From Auanema rhodensis (taxonomy: Eukaryota > Animalia > Nematoda): DNA of 64,000 bases. Below the pieces are notes generated by a model. It was not told the DNA's origin, did not search any database, and saw nothing but the letters and a program-made list of their open reading frames with translations. This document shows, piece by piece, positions 46,172-59,341 of the stretch (position 1 is its first letter; the number at the start of each line of letters is the position of its first letter). Location: the NCBI GenBank assembly GCA_964057225.1, contig OZ059896.1, positions 15,190,001-15,254,000 on the forward strand, in the 5' to 3' direction. The translations under genes and the position numbers were made by a program.

Positions 46172-49100
46172 TGTGACTGTGAGTGATCAGTATAACAACT
46201 GAATAAACATTTCAAAAAAAATCTTTTAGACTTCCATCTCATCATGATGAGGTTGATGATAGCCGTTTCCCCCCTCTACCCTCCGCTCTGCTGCACTGTG
46301 TATTGTATTCCTTGTTTGGTCACCAAATTTTTCATTTATTATCTTTCTATTCTTCTAATTTCTGCCCATTTTTTGTTATTTTTTTTGTTCTTTTGTTCTA
46401 GTTGCTGAAAACTTTGCCATCTATATTTCAATTGACTATTTTGATCCAAAAAATATCTATGCTCTCCGCTTTATTATTCTTTGAAGTTTCAAATTCAAAA
46501 ACTTGAGCACAATAATGCCCACCATATGCTAATTTCAGGTTTTCTTACTTCCTTTGCAACATTTCTCTTTTAAATTCAATCCCATTTCTTCTTTTTTCTT
46601 ATAATACTATAGTTTGTTTGATTGTTATGTATAAGACATCTCAAACAAGAAGGCACCTATCTGTCTTCAATATAACCCCCAGATGGCCGTATTTGTACAA
46701 TTTCCCGCCAAAATTTCCTATTATCCGGAATTTTTCTGAACATCTGTCTTTCTGATTATCAATATTTTATTATGTTTGTATAATATTTATCTTATTTTTC
46801 TCTCCTAGTATTTTGAATATCTGTTGAATATACATGTATAATCTCTTGTCCTCCCTCTCTTTATGTCTTTTTTTTTTCTTTTTTTATAAATTTTTTAAAC
46901 AAAAAAAAAACCTGATTATCTCTGATTTCCATCTTTTTCATTCTCACTTCAACTCGTTTTATTTTGACATCCACTTATCCTCTAAACATATCTATCTCCA
47001 CCCCTCTTCCCCCACCTGTTCAATTTTAAGCAGTTCAAATGATTTTGGATTGTTTCAAAAAGCATTTTTAAGTTTCAAAATGCCTTTTTTTGTTCATTCA
47101 CTGCGGAATTATATGAATACATATCAATTTAAATTACATTCGAAACCATGAATAGTTTGGTTTCGTTGATGCTTTCTAATGAATTTTCGTAAAAGTTAAC
47201 CGGTTTTGATCCTTATTCAATAAATGACATTACCTTTAAAGGGATTAGAAATTGAAGATGATTAACTATATGTTATTCTTCTTCTTGGTGTTCCTCATCT
47301 TCTTTTCTATTTTTTTTAAAATTTATTCTCCTCATTCTTTCTTTAATAACGACAACTACTCTTAACATCCTCGATGTTTTATACGACATAAAAACGAATG
47401 AGAACAAGTATCAGATACAGGAGAAGAAGTTAATGCTGTGTCTCCTTCTTCTTCTAAATCATCATGATATAGACATCACTATCTTCCTAGGAATACCAAC
47501 AACATCATTGACCATGATGTGGACTAGAAGCTTAATGCATAGAAGAAAAGAGGTTGTATAAGATGAAATATAATGAAGATGATGACGAATAGTCAACCGA
47601 TTCGAAAGTGTGGAGGACGTCCGCCATCTATTCCACTTCAATATATCGGTATTTTTCTTTTCTTTTTTTGTATCTGAAACTAGCTTTGTTTTGGCTAGCC
47701 AGCTAGCCCTTCCCGTAATATCAGCTTTTCTTTACGGTATGCCAGAATATTAACCGATTTCAAGGTTTCTGACTTCGATCTAAGACTAATGTTCCATTGT
47801 TTCCTCTCTGTTTTCTGCAATTTTTCCCGATTTGGCTGTCTTTCATGAGCTTACTTTGAATAAATCTGAAAACTATTCACGTCGTCTATCTTACCTTCGC
47901 ATTTTCACTTAATCAGCTTAGTTTGCGCTCTTCCTTTCAATCTTGTCAATCTATTCTCTCTCCCTTTCTCCTCCAACACCCTTTAATACCCCCGGCGTCT
48001 TGTTTGAGAGACGCCATCTCATACAGTCCAACCAGAAATCACCGGTTAAACTTTGAGAGAAGAAAGAAACTTAACAGCTTTCAAATATTTTTTTTCGCAC
48101 AAAATATTTTGTTTTCCTTGAAAATCAAATAAGAATGTGTCTTCTTTCTAGCTTCTTGTTATACTAGTTTCAAGCAATGCAAAGGATAGATGATACCTCC
48201 TTTCCCTTCCCCCTCTTTGTTTCTTGAACAATCTCTTCTTTATATGAGAAAGCTATCCATTTTTTGATTTAATCAGAAACAATTATCTCATCAGTTCTTC
48301 TACTAACCCGTCGAAAATCCGCTAATTCCATTTTTGGTCATGTTTAAGCTGAGATGATGAGGATTGTGTGTCAGTTGGTGAGTTCATCCCCTCAATTTCC
48401 ATCTGGATGAAAACCATTCATTAGTTCATTTGGCTCTTTTTAATGGTTTTTGATGTTTTCCTCAATCATGTTTATCTATCATTTCACTATGATATTCATA
48501 TAAACTTATCGACAATACTTGGACTAACACAGGACAAGATGATGCCGATGATGTTGATGATGAATATGATAACGTTGTCAATAGTCCCATCGTCATCGTC
48601 ATTTACTTCGTTTCGAATGGTCATACCTTGAATGATTCAACTGAAATCTGAACTGAATCATCTAAAGACTGTACATATGATATGAAGTGAGGGAACGATT
48701 AGTATGAGGAAGACGACATTACTACCTCCAAACATGCATCTCCCTCTGTCGTCGTTGTCGTCTCACTACAGAATCTTGTTGTTATTGTGTCGATGTCATT
48801 GGTCGGCATACAAGAAACATATCGGTTTCAACCATATTCCAGAACCTTATACGGAATAACAGGTGTGTATGTCATAGCCGACGTCGCCGTTTCTCCTTCA
48901 TGTTTACACGACCAGCTGCCTTTCCATCCACCCTCATATTCTTCGCCCCTCTCCTCCCCCCCCCCAATTCTCCAATCTGTGATTCTTCCCCTTCCTCTTA
49001 TCCTTCAGCCAGCCGCTGTTTTCCCTCTATCTGTTACCTTTATTCTCTTTCATCTCCCTTTCACATATCTGCAGTCTTTCCACCTTCATTTCCATTCGTC

Positions 49101-49760
49101 AGACGACGATCGCCCATTCAGTGACCTTAAATGGATTGTAACAATTCCCTTTTTAAGTTGGAAATTTGAATTTGGAAAACATATCAATTCAAACATCTGA
49201 TACCATACCATCATGTCATTTCTCTGTTTTCAAGAAAACTTACAGATTGCATGTCCCTTCCCCAATCACGCAACTTCACAAGTACAATAAACCCTTGAGG
49301 CTATTCAACTGCCCCGAAAAAACTGAGCAATTCGATTCGCTTCTCTGCTATTTATTTTCGAACTTCCATCAATTTCAATCAATTGAAATAAAATAAGCAG
49401 ACGAAGCAACGTTTAGAACTATTTCTACTTCACACCCTTTATGAAAAGTTGCTTATTTTTCTTTTTTTAACATTCATTCTTATTTGTTTTTCAAACATTT
49501 TATTGACATGTTTATAAAATAAACAAGTAATATTCGGCTTTTTACGATGCCAATTTGGCTATCAATAGAAAGAATCCATATTCACCTCAGACATCATGCG
49601 CAACTTCATTTATCTTCTATCATTCTTCTTGTAATTATGCGCATTTTTCCATTTTCCCTTCTTAATGTTTTCTCTTTTCCCTCTCATTTCTCTGTCTTTC
49701 TCCATTTACATCATTTTCCGTCACGTTATGCTTTAAGTACTTCTACGTATTTCTCCCCCT

Positions 49761-49763
<3 letters not shown>

Positions 49764-49807
<44 letters not shown>

Positions 49808-49808
49808 A
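49764..49808. repeat. (CT)n microsatellite
   Basis: TC run, followed by degenerate CTCTAC repeats. Confidence 0.9.
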
Positions 49809-52800
49809 TATCTTCTACCTTTACCTCTACCTCTACCTCTTACTCTTCTCCTTCTACTCTTAACCTGTCTTTTTCTCAAAAGGTGTTAGTTTTTTTCCAC
49901 TTCATATTATACATACCGATTACCATTTTTTCGTCTCTGGTATAATCGTGCTAATCCAAAATTGCATGAGTTCTTTCCTCATCTGTTTGATCTGGATGAT
50001 GATGTACCAGCCTTGTCCTAAGTCTTGTCAGTTCTTCTCACTATTGACACTATCTTCGTCATCTCTTTGGCTCATATGTCGTCAGAGTATGAATTTTGGA
50101 AACAGGAAGAGAATGTAATACTACTGAAAGGTGCAAAGAGAGGAAGAGGGAATGAAGATTTAAGATCCATAATGCTCAACCGTTCCTTGTAACATCATTC
50201 AGTATACATGATCCTTCACACACATTCCACTTCAAATGAACGTACGGGTTCGTATGTGAGATCATGGTCTATATACATCATGTTATGAGAGAGTGACAGA
50301 GAAGTCAAGAAATAAGTTATTATAAGAATGCTTGAAAGAGAAAAGAAAAAGGAAAAAGAGAGAAGGAAATCGAATATACAAATGGGAGAGTCATACTCTT
50401 CATCATAAGTTTTGATGTGCCAAACACCCCCATGTAGCATTATGATTATCTTCCAACTATCCAAGTAAGCCAGCAGTAAGTAAACTATACAACATAGTGG
50501 ATTATAGAAAGCATTTGATATTTTGTTGTTTTTTAACAAAAAAACAACATATTCTTCAGAAATTCTTGTTTTATGTACAGTTTTCTCCTCTATGTTCATC
50601 AACAATATACACTTTTCATTCAATTTTTTGGTCAAAAATCTATAACTATGAATAGCGCCATCATCTCTAGCACCATCATCATCATCATCAGCATCATCAT
50701 TTACTTTCTTTCTAATCGTCTTCATTCGCATCTTGTTCATTCTTCATGCTACTATCATATTGAAAAATTATCCAAATTAACTTTCTCAAATTGAAAATGA
50801 CAAAGGGAAAGCCAAAAACACGAACATACAGCCCATCATCTCATTTGTTCTTTTCAATCTTTATACGATAATCTCATTTCCCACATAACATATAGCACAT
50901 AGCCAATGCAATGACACTCTTTGCTTCGTTCAAAAACTTTTTTTTCTTCATTTTTCTGCGACTATCATCATCACAACTACCATTATCATTCCATCATTCA
51001 TCATTTTTGTTGCTTCAGCACCTTTTTTTGATTTTTTGATTTAAATAAATAGAAAACAGCTGGTATTCTGTTTCAGCTGAATGATAGAAAAATTCACTCT
51101 GTCTCTCTCAATCCCTCTCTCTCTTTTTAGTTTTCTCTTTAATTTCTTTTCTTGCACTATCTTCTGTAAGTTTATTTTTAGGTTGTCCTTTACTGAGCAT
51201 AATCCAAACTTTTCCAACTTTAATTAGTTTCTGCGAATTGTCTCTGTAAATCTTTCTCTCTCTTTCTATCTTCTACCATTCTCATATAATCTAATGTTTA
51301 TTATATATATATATATATATATATAGAAAGTCTAATAATACTTGTTCTTTCAAATATTCAAAACATCATTTTACATCTTCTGTATGCTATTTCCTTGCAT
51401 TGTCATCTTGGTCAACTTGATCATGGCGGCTTCTTCTCATCGTTCTAACATGTTGTCTCATCATATTCAGACCGTTAGGCAGAAGATGTGATGAAAAAAA
51501 CTGAAAGGGTGATATCCGCGTTGTTTGAAAATCATGTTTCTTTACCTCAAAAATAGAAAAGAAGCAAATCCTTTCAAGTTTTAAGGTTCAAGTTTTACAT
51601 CTCTATAATGCTAAAGAGTAACATGTTAGCATGAAAAATCCATTAAAACTATTTATGTTATCATAAGAATTCAAATAAATTACTTTATAACAAGATATTA
51701 TTAAATTAAAAGTTATTTATTTAATTCAATAAAATAACTAATTTTTAATTTATCGCTTATTTCTGCATTTATTCAGGTTCAAAGAAACTCGTTGATAACG
51801 GAACAACGAGGAATTCTGAGAAACAGTTAAACAAGTTGTTTCCCCACCTTCCTTCTCTGTCTTTCTTCTTTCTTTCTTTCACCCTCATTCTTCATCTACC
51901 TCAGTTGTCGGTCTTCTCATCGTGGAATCCATTAGTCCTTTTCGCTGATATGATTCAAAATCTTTGAAACTCGCCCATTTTGGCTTTTCAAATTGACCAG
52001 ATGGCCTAAACGACCACAGATGACATCAGCACGACTACAGCTACAACGACAAACGATAATCGCTACACACCCCCTACTTCCACCATACCAGCAACCACAA
52101 ACTATGCTGCTTTGTTACTATTGTTGTTGCTGTTGTTGCTGTTGCTACTGCTGGCTGCTTCTGGACTCGGCGTCGATCAAACGACAATCGCTTGAAGCCA
52201 TTGACGAGGAGGGCTAGCTACCGTTGCCGCTCACCGATATACAACAACTTCTTCTATGAGAAGAAGTTTGAAACGAGAACTGAATGGATAAGATGAGACG
52301 TTGACGATGGCGAGACAGACTCGAGGTGAAACGAGACAATTGAACCAGAATTCTATAGATGGAATTCAGCTTTCGTTTCCCTCGCTCCTCCTGTCCTTTC
52401 GCAGACTCTATTGAAGAGCTTAAAGGTTTTTTCATCGGTTCATAGCTTATATGCGTTCAGTTTAGTTTCCATTCACACCCATTCCTATGTTCCTATTGTT
52501 GTTTCAACATCGGATCTCTCATCTTCATCATGTTCCTGAACGTTACCAATCATTTGACACTAACTTTGCATCAAAATGCTAATAATCAGATGAAAGTAGC
52601 AATTGTTTTTCCTTAATTGTTTATGTTTTGTCATATCTTTATTACAATCTCTTTAACCTACCATCATTACATCTCGACAATGTTTCCATTCATCAACACC
52701 TTTTTCCTCATTTCTCGTTTAACTATTCATGTTTTCAGCACAAATCACTAATGGCGGAACAGTTTTTATCTTGTGATGGCAATTTCGTTCAAATACCTCG

Positions 52801-54481
52801 AGACCATTTTAAACAATCAAGTAATCGAAAAGGTTTGTTCTATTCATTCAACTTTTCCAAAAATATTTTCTCTGTAAAATCACGAAAAATCAAACTTTGC
52901 TGCTCGGAGAATTCGGCCTTCATTCGATTACATTTAATTAAATACGATGGTATTATAGATATGACCACGTTGATTCATGTACCACTTTCAACAAAAAACG
53001 TCAGCAAAATTACCGAAAAGCCAATATATTTTTCAAATTTCTTGTTCTATTTTCAAAAAAAAAAAATTGCCTCGCAATTCAATATGAAAAATATATGATT
53101 TTCATCAAAATATGCGGGGGAAAAGCGCTTTCGTTTCAACAACTTAGCAAAGCATTTTTTGATGTTCAGCTCACCTATCGTAGTGCTTTTTCGAATATCC
53201 TATGCATTCTCCTGCTCCGTGCTCGTTTGTGTAAGGAAATATTCGAGTATTTAGTCAGTTTAGCCCATCAAGTTGTTCCTTCATCGTCAATGATATAAGC
53301 CACTTGAGGATTGTTTCTTTTTTGACTTTAAATCACTTCTCAATTTTATTCTCTTTTTGCGAACATTTTACTTGTCTTTTTGAGTTACAATTTACATTTT
53401 TGGGATATATTGAAAAACAACAAGAGATAAATCAATGTTAGAGAGAGAAAGAGAGGGAGAGAAAGAGAAGGGAAAATGGCAAAAAAGTCAAATTTTTCCT
53501 CGAAAAGTAAACACAATTATTCAGAAATCGTTAGATGATACTTAAAGAAACTTCTTCGCTTTTGCATACTTTTCCTTATTTTATCCGTTGCACTAGTTTC
53601 CCGTCTTTCCTTCACTATGATATGATATTCAGATATATCATATCAGTCTTTTTCTCATTTATTTCATTTGTTTTCCAATTGAATGTCTGCAGACACTTGA
53701 AGAATTGATTCTTTAAATCAATGCGATCAGATGCTTCATATTCAGTTTCTTGTTTTCATTTCCTCGGCAACAGTTAGAAAAAATACAAAAAGCTTGTCTT
53801 TGAACCTGATACTAATGAAGCTTAAAAGTTTAATTTTCAAAGTAAATAGATTTTTTTTCCAATATTCTTTTCCACAAAACCTCAATCAAAAACCTTTTTA
53901 CTTGGCTATTACTGTCAACTTGATCGGACATTCTTTACTATATGATTCATGAGTTATATATCTCTATAACTCAAGTCATATGATTAATATGATCAAAAAT
54001 ATTTTTTTTGCACGGAGCCAACGAAGATGATTACACTCACTCCCTCCTCACTCATATTTCTTCTTCATTGTTTATTCTTTAATGAATTTACCTTCGTCTT
54101 TCACCTTGCGTTTTGTCACCTCGTTGACCAGTCGTCTACGTTCTCATAAGCACTCCACATCATATTCCAGTCACTTCTTCTTCCTTATGCACTTTTTTCA
54201 TTTTATTGTCTATACATTTTCCTTTTCCTTCAATTTCATTAAAACATCTTTCTCTTCTTAAACCAATTTTTTGGTCCAAACATCCACCTGTATTCCTCCC
54301 TTCTCTAATATGTTTTTCCTTCCTCCCATCCTTCTTCTACCCATATTTCAGTTGAGTGAGAGAGTTATGTGCTAGCTACAACTATTTTTAGAATTTTCTG
54401 TAAAGTACAATATCACTGATTTTCTTTATTCTTTCTTATTAACTCTGTTCCAGTATTCTACTTAGGAAAGTTGAGATAGAC

Positions 54482-54523
54482 TAGTGCTAGCTGACTAACT
54501 AGCTAGTTAGTTAGTTAGCACTA
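54482..54523. repeat. 42-nt near-perfect palindrome
   Basis: TAGTGCTAGCTGACTAACTAG|CTAGTTAGTTAGTTAGCACTA; the only two deviations are G:T pairs. Confidence 0.9.
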
Positions 54524-55173
54524 TTCTTAAGAAAGAGTTTCTGAGCAAATATTTCTGATATCTGAAAACGTTATTCAACAGTCAATTTCGAATTTTGCTT
54601 GACACAAACACTTTCTATATTACTTTCCTATCATTTTCTCTTCACAACTCATTTCTGCTTCCGTATTAACCATTCCATATACTAACTATTCTGTATTCTA
54701 TACAAAACTCTATGCACATCTTCCTTTTTCATTCTTATTATCAATCAAATACTTTGATTAACATTTTTCTTATAACAATTAACTAATCATTATTATATAT
54801 ATTCTTGGAGCTAATCAGTCCGTACCTGATCTACAATCATATCATTAAGAGCAACACAATTGCTGATTCATTTCCAGCTTTTCATCATTTTCAAGCTTTT
54901 CCGCTTCTCAAGACTGTATCTGTTGTGTCTTCATGCAATGTCTTCAACTCAAATATTTACTCAAATATTATCTTATTTTTTCTTCTATAAGAACAAAAAA
55001 ACTAATCCATATCTTCTTTTTCCCTTTGGCTCTTTCTCTCTCTATCTCTCTGTCTGTCTCTCTCTCTCTCTCATTCAAATAGTTCTTACTTCCTTTATTC
55101 CCACATATCCATATTCATTAATCTATTCATTTATTATAATTTATAAAATATATTGATTTCAGAAGTGCCATCC

Positions 55174-56399
55174 ATGATTTCCATCGCTGCCATTTCATCT
55201 AATCTTTCAACAGATGATTCCTCCTTATTACGTCGTAAGCGACCATCATCTCCACGTATCTGTTGTATAATTCCTATCAATGCAGGTAATAGCTTACATA
55301 CATATTGATCTAGAAGACAAAAGCTTCAACGTATACAATACTTTGTTATTCTTGTCTCAAACATACACACATAATTCACTGAGGAAATTCGGCAAAAAAA
55401 TTTTTTGGTTTCATCTCTTTCTCTATTAATATCATTACAAGTTCACATGTTGTTAATTCACCATCTGAATATTGAAAGTTCACGTGAAAATCTATTAATT
55501 CTGCGTGTAAATACACGTAAAATGAGAAATCATTTCTCCTTGAGCATACAAGTTGAACGGTTGTAAATTTCTCTTAAATGATAAAAAAACTTTAATTCAG
55601 AGCAAAAGACGAAAAGATAAAAGTACAAATATCAAATAAACCTATAAGATTAAATTAATATTATTAGAAATTACTGTATAACAAAATATTTTTTATTTTC
55701 TCTTTTTTCAGCTTCAATCCTTGGAGTTACAGCTTCTTGTATTCTTACACTTTCAATCTACATCTATTGGATGATTCGTATTTCCCAAACTGGTGACGCA
55801 TCCTTCCGCGCCAGAAATATCGGTAAGTTATCATAAATTAACAGCTTGGTAAAAAGCGTTAAAAACTTGAAAGTAAACTTGAAAATAATTTAAAAAAATA
55901 ATATTCAAATATTTCATTTCAATATATTTAGGTTTACTATCCATTTCGGAAACAATAATTTTATTGTTTGCCGCTTTGTTTATTTGGGGAATATTCGGAA
56001 GTCGTTATCGTCTTATCGTTCCATATGCTGCTCTATCAACATTCTTCCTTTTTGCATTAGCCGGTAAGTTCTAATTGTTATGAAAACTTTTTTTCAAAAA
56101 TAGAATTTATGATGTTTCAACAAAAAAATTTTCTTACTTTTTAAAGGTGTTTGTATCTTCTCTATCGTCACAACAGCTAATGAATGGGATGACGAAGTGA
56201 AGAAGGTAAACTCTGGTTCCACTAACGTTGCTGATATAGTTCTGTTTCGGTAAGCTTAAACAAGTAACTTCGAGATTTACCTAAACTATTTTACAGGATA
56301 ATCCTGGCAATTGTAGCAATCTTTCAAGCTATTTTCGTGTATTGTTACATACGGTCGTTCCTCTTCATTCGTCACATTCATCGCGTAGAACAAGGATAA
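55174..56399 (+). CDS. Uncharacterised four-pass membrane protein (~185 aa), 5 exons; may have upstream exons
   Basis: Five phase-compatible exons with canonical GT-AG sites: MISIAAISS...PRICCIIPINA/ASILGVTASCILTLSIYIYWMIR...NI/GLLSISETIILLFAALFIWGIFGSRYRLIVPYAALSTFFLFALA/GVCIFSIV...LFR/IILAIVAIFQAIFVYCYIRSFLFIRHIHRVEQG-TAA. Four hydrophobic segments and a CC motif before TM1. Confidence 0.82.
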
Positions 56400-57008
56400 C
56401 TTCAGATGAACTAGCATATTGGCAAAGAAAATTTTAAATTTCGGTTCATCATTCTTCTGTTTTCAATATACTTCGTATGGGTATACTCTCTCTCTTTCTC
56501 TGGTACCCTCTATATCTTATAGACTCCCTGCTCATCACCTTCTCTTCACAATTCGAATTCATGAAATTCTGAAATGATTTCTGTAAAAGAAGAGCCTTTC
56601 TATTAGATGTTATTTTAACAAAATTACGCAATATTTAGATTTTTTTGTTGTTTCTGCTTCAACTAATGCTTCTAATGTTTTAAAGCTTGCCTATCAGGGA
56701 CTTTCTCTCCTTATTGTAATATATATAAATATATATATATATATAATTATATTTGTATATACATGTCATATGGGTATAATTCTTTCTTTTATATTTCATA
56801 ATCTCTTTTATCAGTTGTAAAAACGTATCAATTTCAATGAAATTTTTTATTTTTAAATCTTAATTTACATATAATTTATATATAATCTATTTTATTAGAA
56901 CTATTTTTCAAAAAATCAGTTTCTACATCTTCTACATTTTGTCAAAAATATATTCCCTGGAATATTGTAAATAATTAAATGAATTACACTACCTTAATCA
57001 TCTTCTTG

Positions 57009-58644
57009 TCAAACCTCAAGAACACACTCTTCTGGATCCGAAAAAACATCCGAATCTGTCATGCTCTCATATGAGCGAATTGATTTTCCTTTTTTATACT
57101 ATAATCAATATTAATATTAAGTTAGATCTATAGGTCCTCTTATACATACATGCATACATCCTTCTTTATATTCGTTACGTGGGCCATCAAAGGAATAGGG
57201 AGCAGCTTCATCATATGAAGATTCTGGTACTTCATACCCATAACTTTTTAACTGTTCCAATAATTGATCATATTTGGTTGTATGTTTAAGAAAATATTCC
57301 CAGCTTTCAATATCTAATAGATGACTTTAGTGTTCTAACACTTTTCGAATAACTCACCGATTTCGCTATCTTTTAAGATTGATTTAGGTAATATCGAACT
57401 TTGAAACATTATTCCCTTTGATACCTCAGTTGACAAAAGAGAAACCAACACTTTACCAAGAATTGTCCTGGCTCCTCCTTTTTTCTAAAAAAAAAATCAC
57501 AAAAATCAAAAAAAAACTGAAAGATCACTTACCGCACAACAAGACATAATTTTTTGAGCACATACAGGACATAGAAATGCAGCAGCTAGAAGTTTAATCA
57601 TGGATTCCCATCTATTTTCAGGTTTCAAAGCAAAATGATGAGATTTCCCAGCATAACTAAACTCGAAAAATACAAATTTCAAACTTAAAGATCAATCCTG
57701 GCTCTAATTTAAAACATTCTTGCATGTGGTTTATAAACTTTTCATGATTACGTATGTAACTGATATTATATTTCAAGTAAAACTTACTGTGTTTGAAAAA
57801 ATTCCTGATATACATGACAAACATTGATATCTTGGACAAAATTTCCTTCTATATAAACTTCTATTAGAAATCCATAATCAATGTCATCCTTAAAAATGAA
57901 TTAAGTTGAGCAACAAGCTGCTCTTGTCTTACAAAGAAAAAACCACTCTTCGTTCGAAAATTATCTTTTAACTTCTTGTTAAGTTCTCCTCCTTCCGATG
58001 ATGCAAAATCCAAAGGAAATAGAAACCAATGTCTGAATAAGGTTGCTAAAGTCATGGGGCTTTAGTGCAATCTCTGTAATCTCTTGTACTTGGGGTAGCA
58101 ATCTGTCTGAAGGTTTGAACTTCATTCAAATTGCGCCCTTGTTTGACTTAGCCTGAACTTCAGCATAGCTCTATTTCGGCTTTTTCTTAAGATGAAGCTC
58201 AAAGTAAAGATCTATTACACAAATAAAAGATTTGAGCCAAAACTTAGTAAAAGACAGAAATTGCATTAGCGTCAAACAAGGCTTACCTGAACTTACTCAA
58301 GTATCGTCCACCTCCAAAGAATTTTGTGAATAAGTAGAAAAGTTGGGAGTAACAACAATATCCATCCTATATATAATGATAACAATATATAGTTAATATA
58401 GTTTAACACCTCAAGACTTTGTTCAAGTAAAACACAAATGTGATAAACCTTTGCAACATCTCTTGCAATTTCAATATCCTTTTCTATTCTGCCATGAGCA
58501 AAATTATCTTCCTAAATAAATTAGTTAAATTTAATAAATAGTAATCAAATAAATTACATGAAACATTATTCGATCAGCATAATTTATTTGTGATAAAGAA
58601 ATATTGTGTTTAAAAACTTCGTTATCATCAGCATATTGCTCCAT
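57009..58644 (-). CDS. Uncharacterised protein (~330 aa), no family recognised, 9 exons
   Basis: TTTTAG acceptor just before the ATG, then phase-compatible exons: MEQYADDNEVFKHN.../EDNFAHGRIEKD.../DGYCCYSQLFYLF...SKFR/HWFLFPLDF...GFFF/DDIDYGFLIEV.../YAGKSHHF...FLCPVCAQKIMSCCA/KKGGART.../DIESWEYF.../YKKGKS...CVLEV-TGA. Confidence 0.72.
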
Positions 58645-59341
58645 TTCTAAAATAATTAAGAATCTTTTAGCTTATAAAATAAAAAATGAATAAATATTAT
58701 TAAATCGGATTATTTTGAAAATAAAATAAATCAATTTTAAAAAATATTAAAAACTAAAGCATTTTCCTGTTTTTACAAGCATTGCTGCTCTAATCACTTA
58801 TTCCTATATTCAATCCTTCATTTGGCGGCTAATTATAAATTATAAAAATCAATACTTCCAATAAATTGGTGACAGTTTGTTGATTTTCCCAACTCATATT
58901 CCTGATCAAGTTGGATTTTAAACTAGATAATTGAAACCTTACTTGATGGAATAACGTCGTCAGAACGTAACTGAATAAGACTCAACAACTCAAATACTCT
59001 TTTCTTTCTTCTTAATATTGGTTTTATTCTCTTTAGATTCAACAAGATATGACGTAATAGAACATCTGATCTATTGCAAAAGCTATAGTTTATTCTTATT
59101 TGTTATATAAACCTCAGAAGAATGTTAAACTGTTAAAATTCCTATCCAGAATGTTGTTGATTTGATACTTACATTAACGAAATAAACAATTATTAGTCAT
59201 TATTGAATCATTTATTTAATTTCAAACAAATATTTTGTTTTGATAAAATGTGTGACAGGAAGAAAAACGTTTGTATATGTCATAATCACACTTCAAAGTT
59301 TCAAATCCTTATCAGCACTTCATACTGCCTAGTCATTCCTG

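Noticed and set aside
58033-58286. Assignment of the structured intron as RNase P/MRP or telomerase RNA
   Set aside because: GTTCAGGCTA before the 3' helix strand resembles RNase P CR-V, but the enclosed domain is only ~145 nt with no good CR-I. There is no GCCTAA template and no terminal ACA. Kept only as an unassigned finding.
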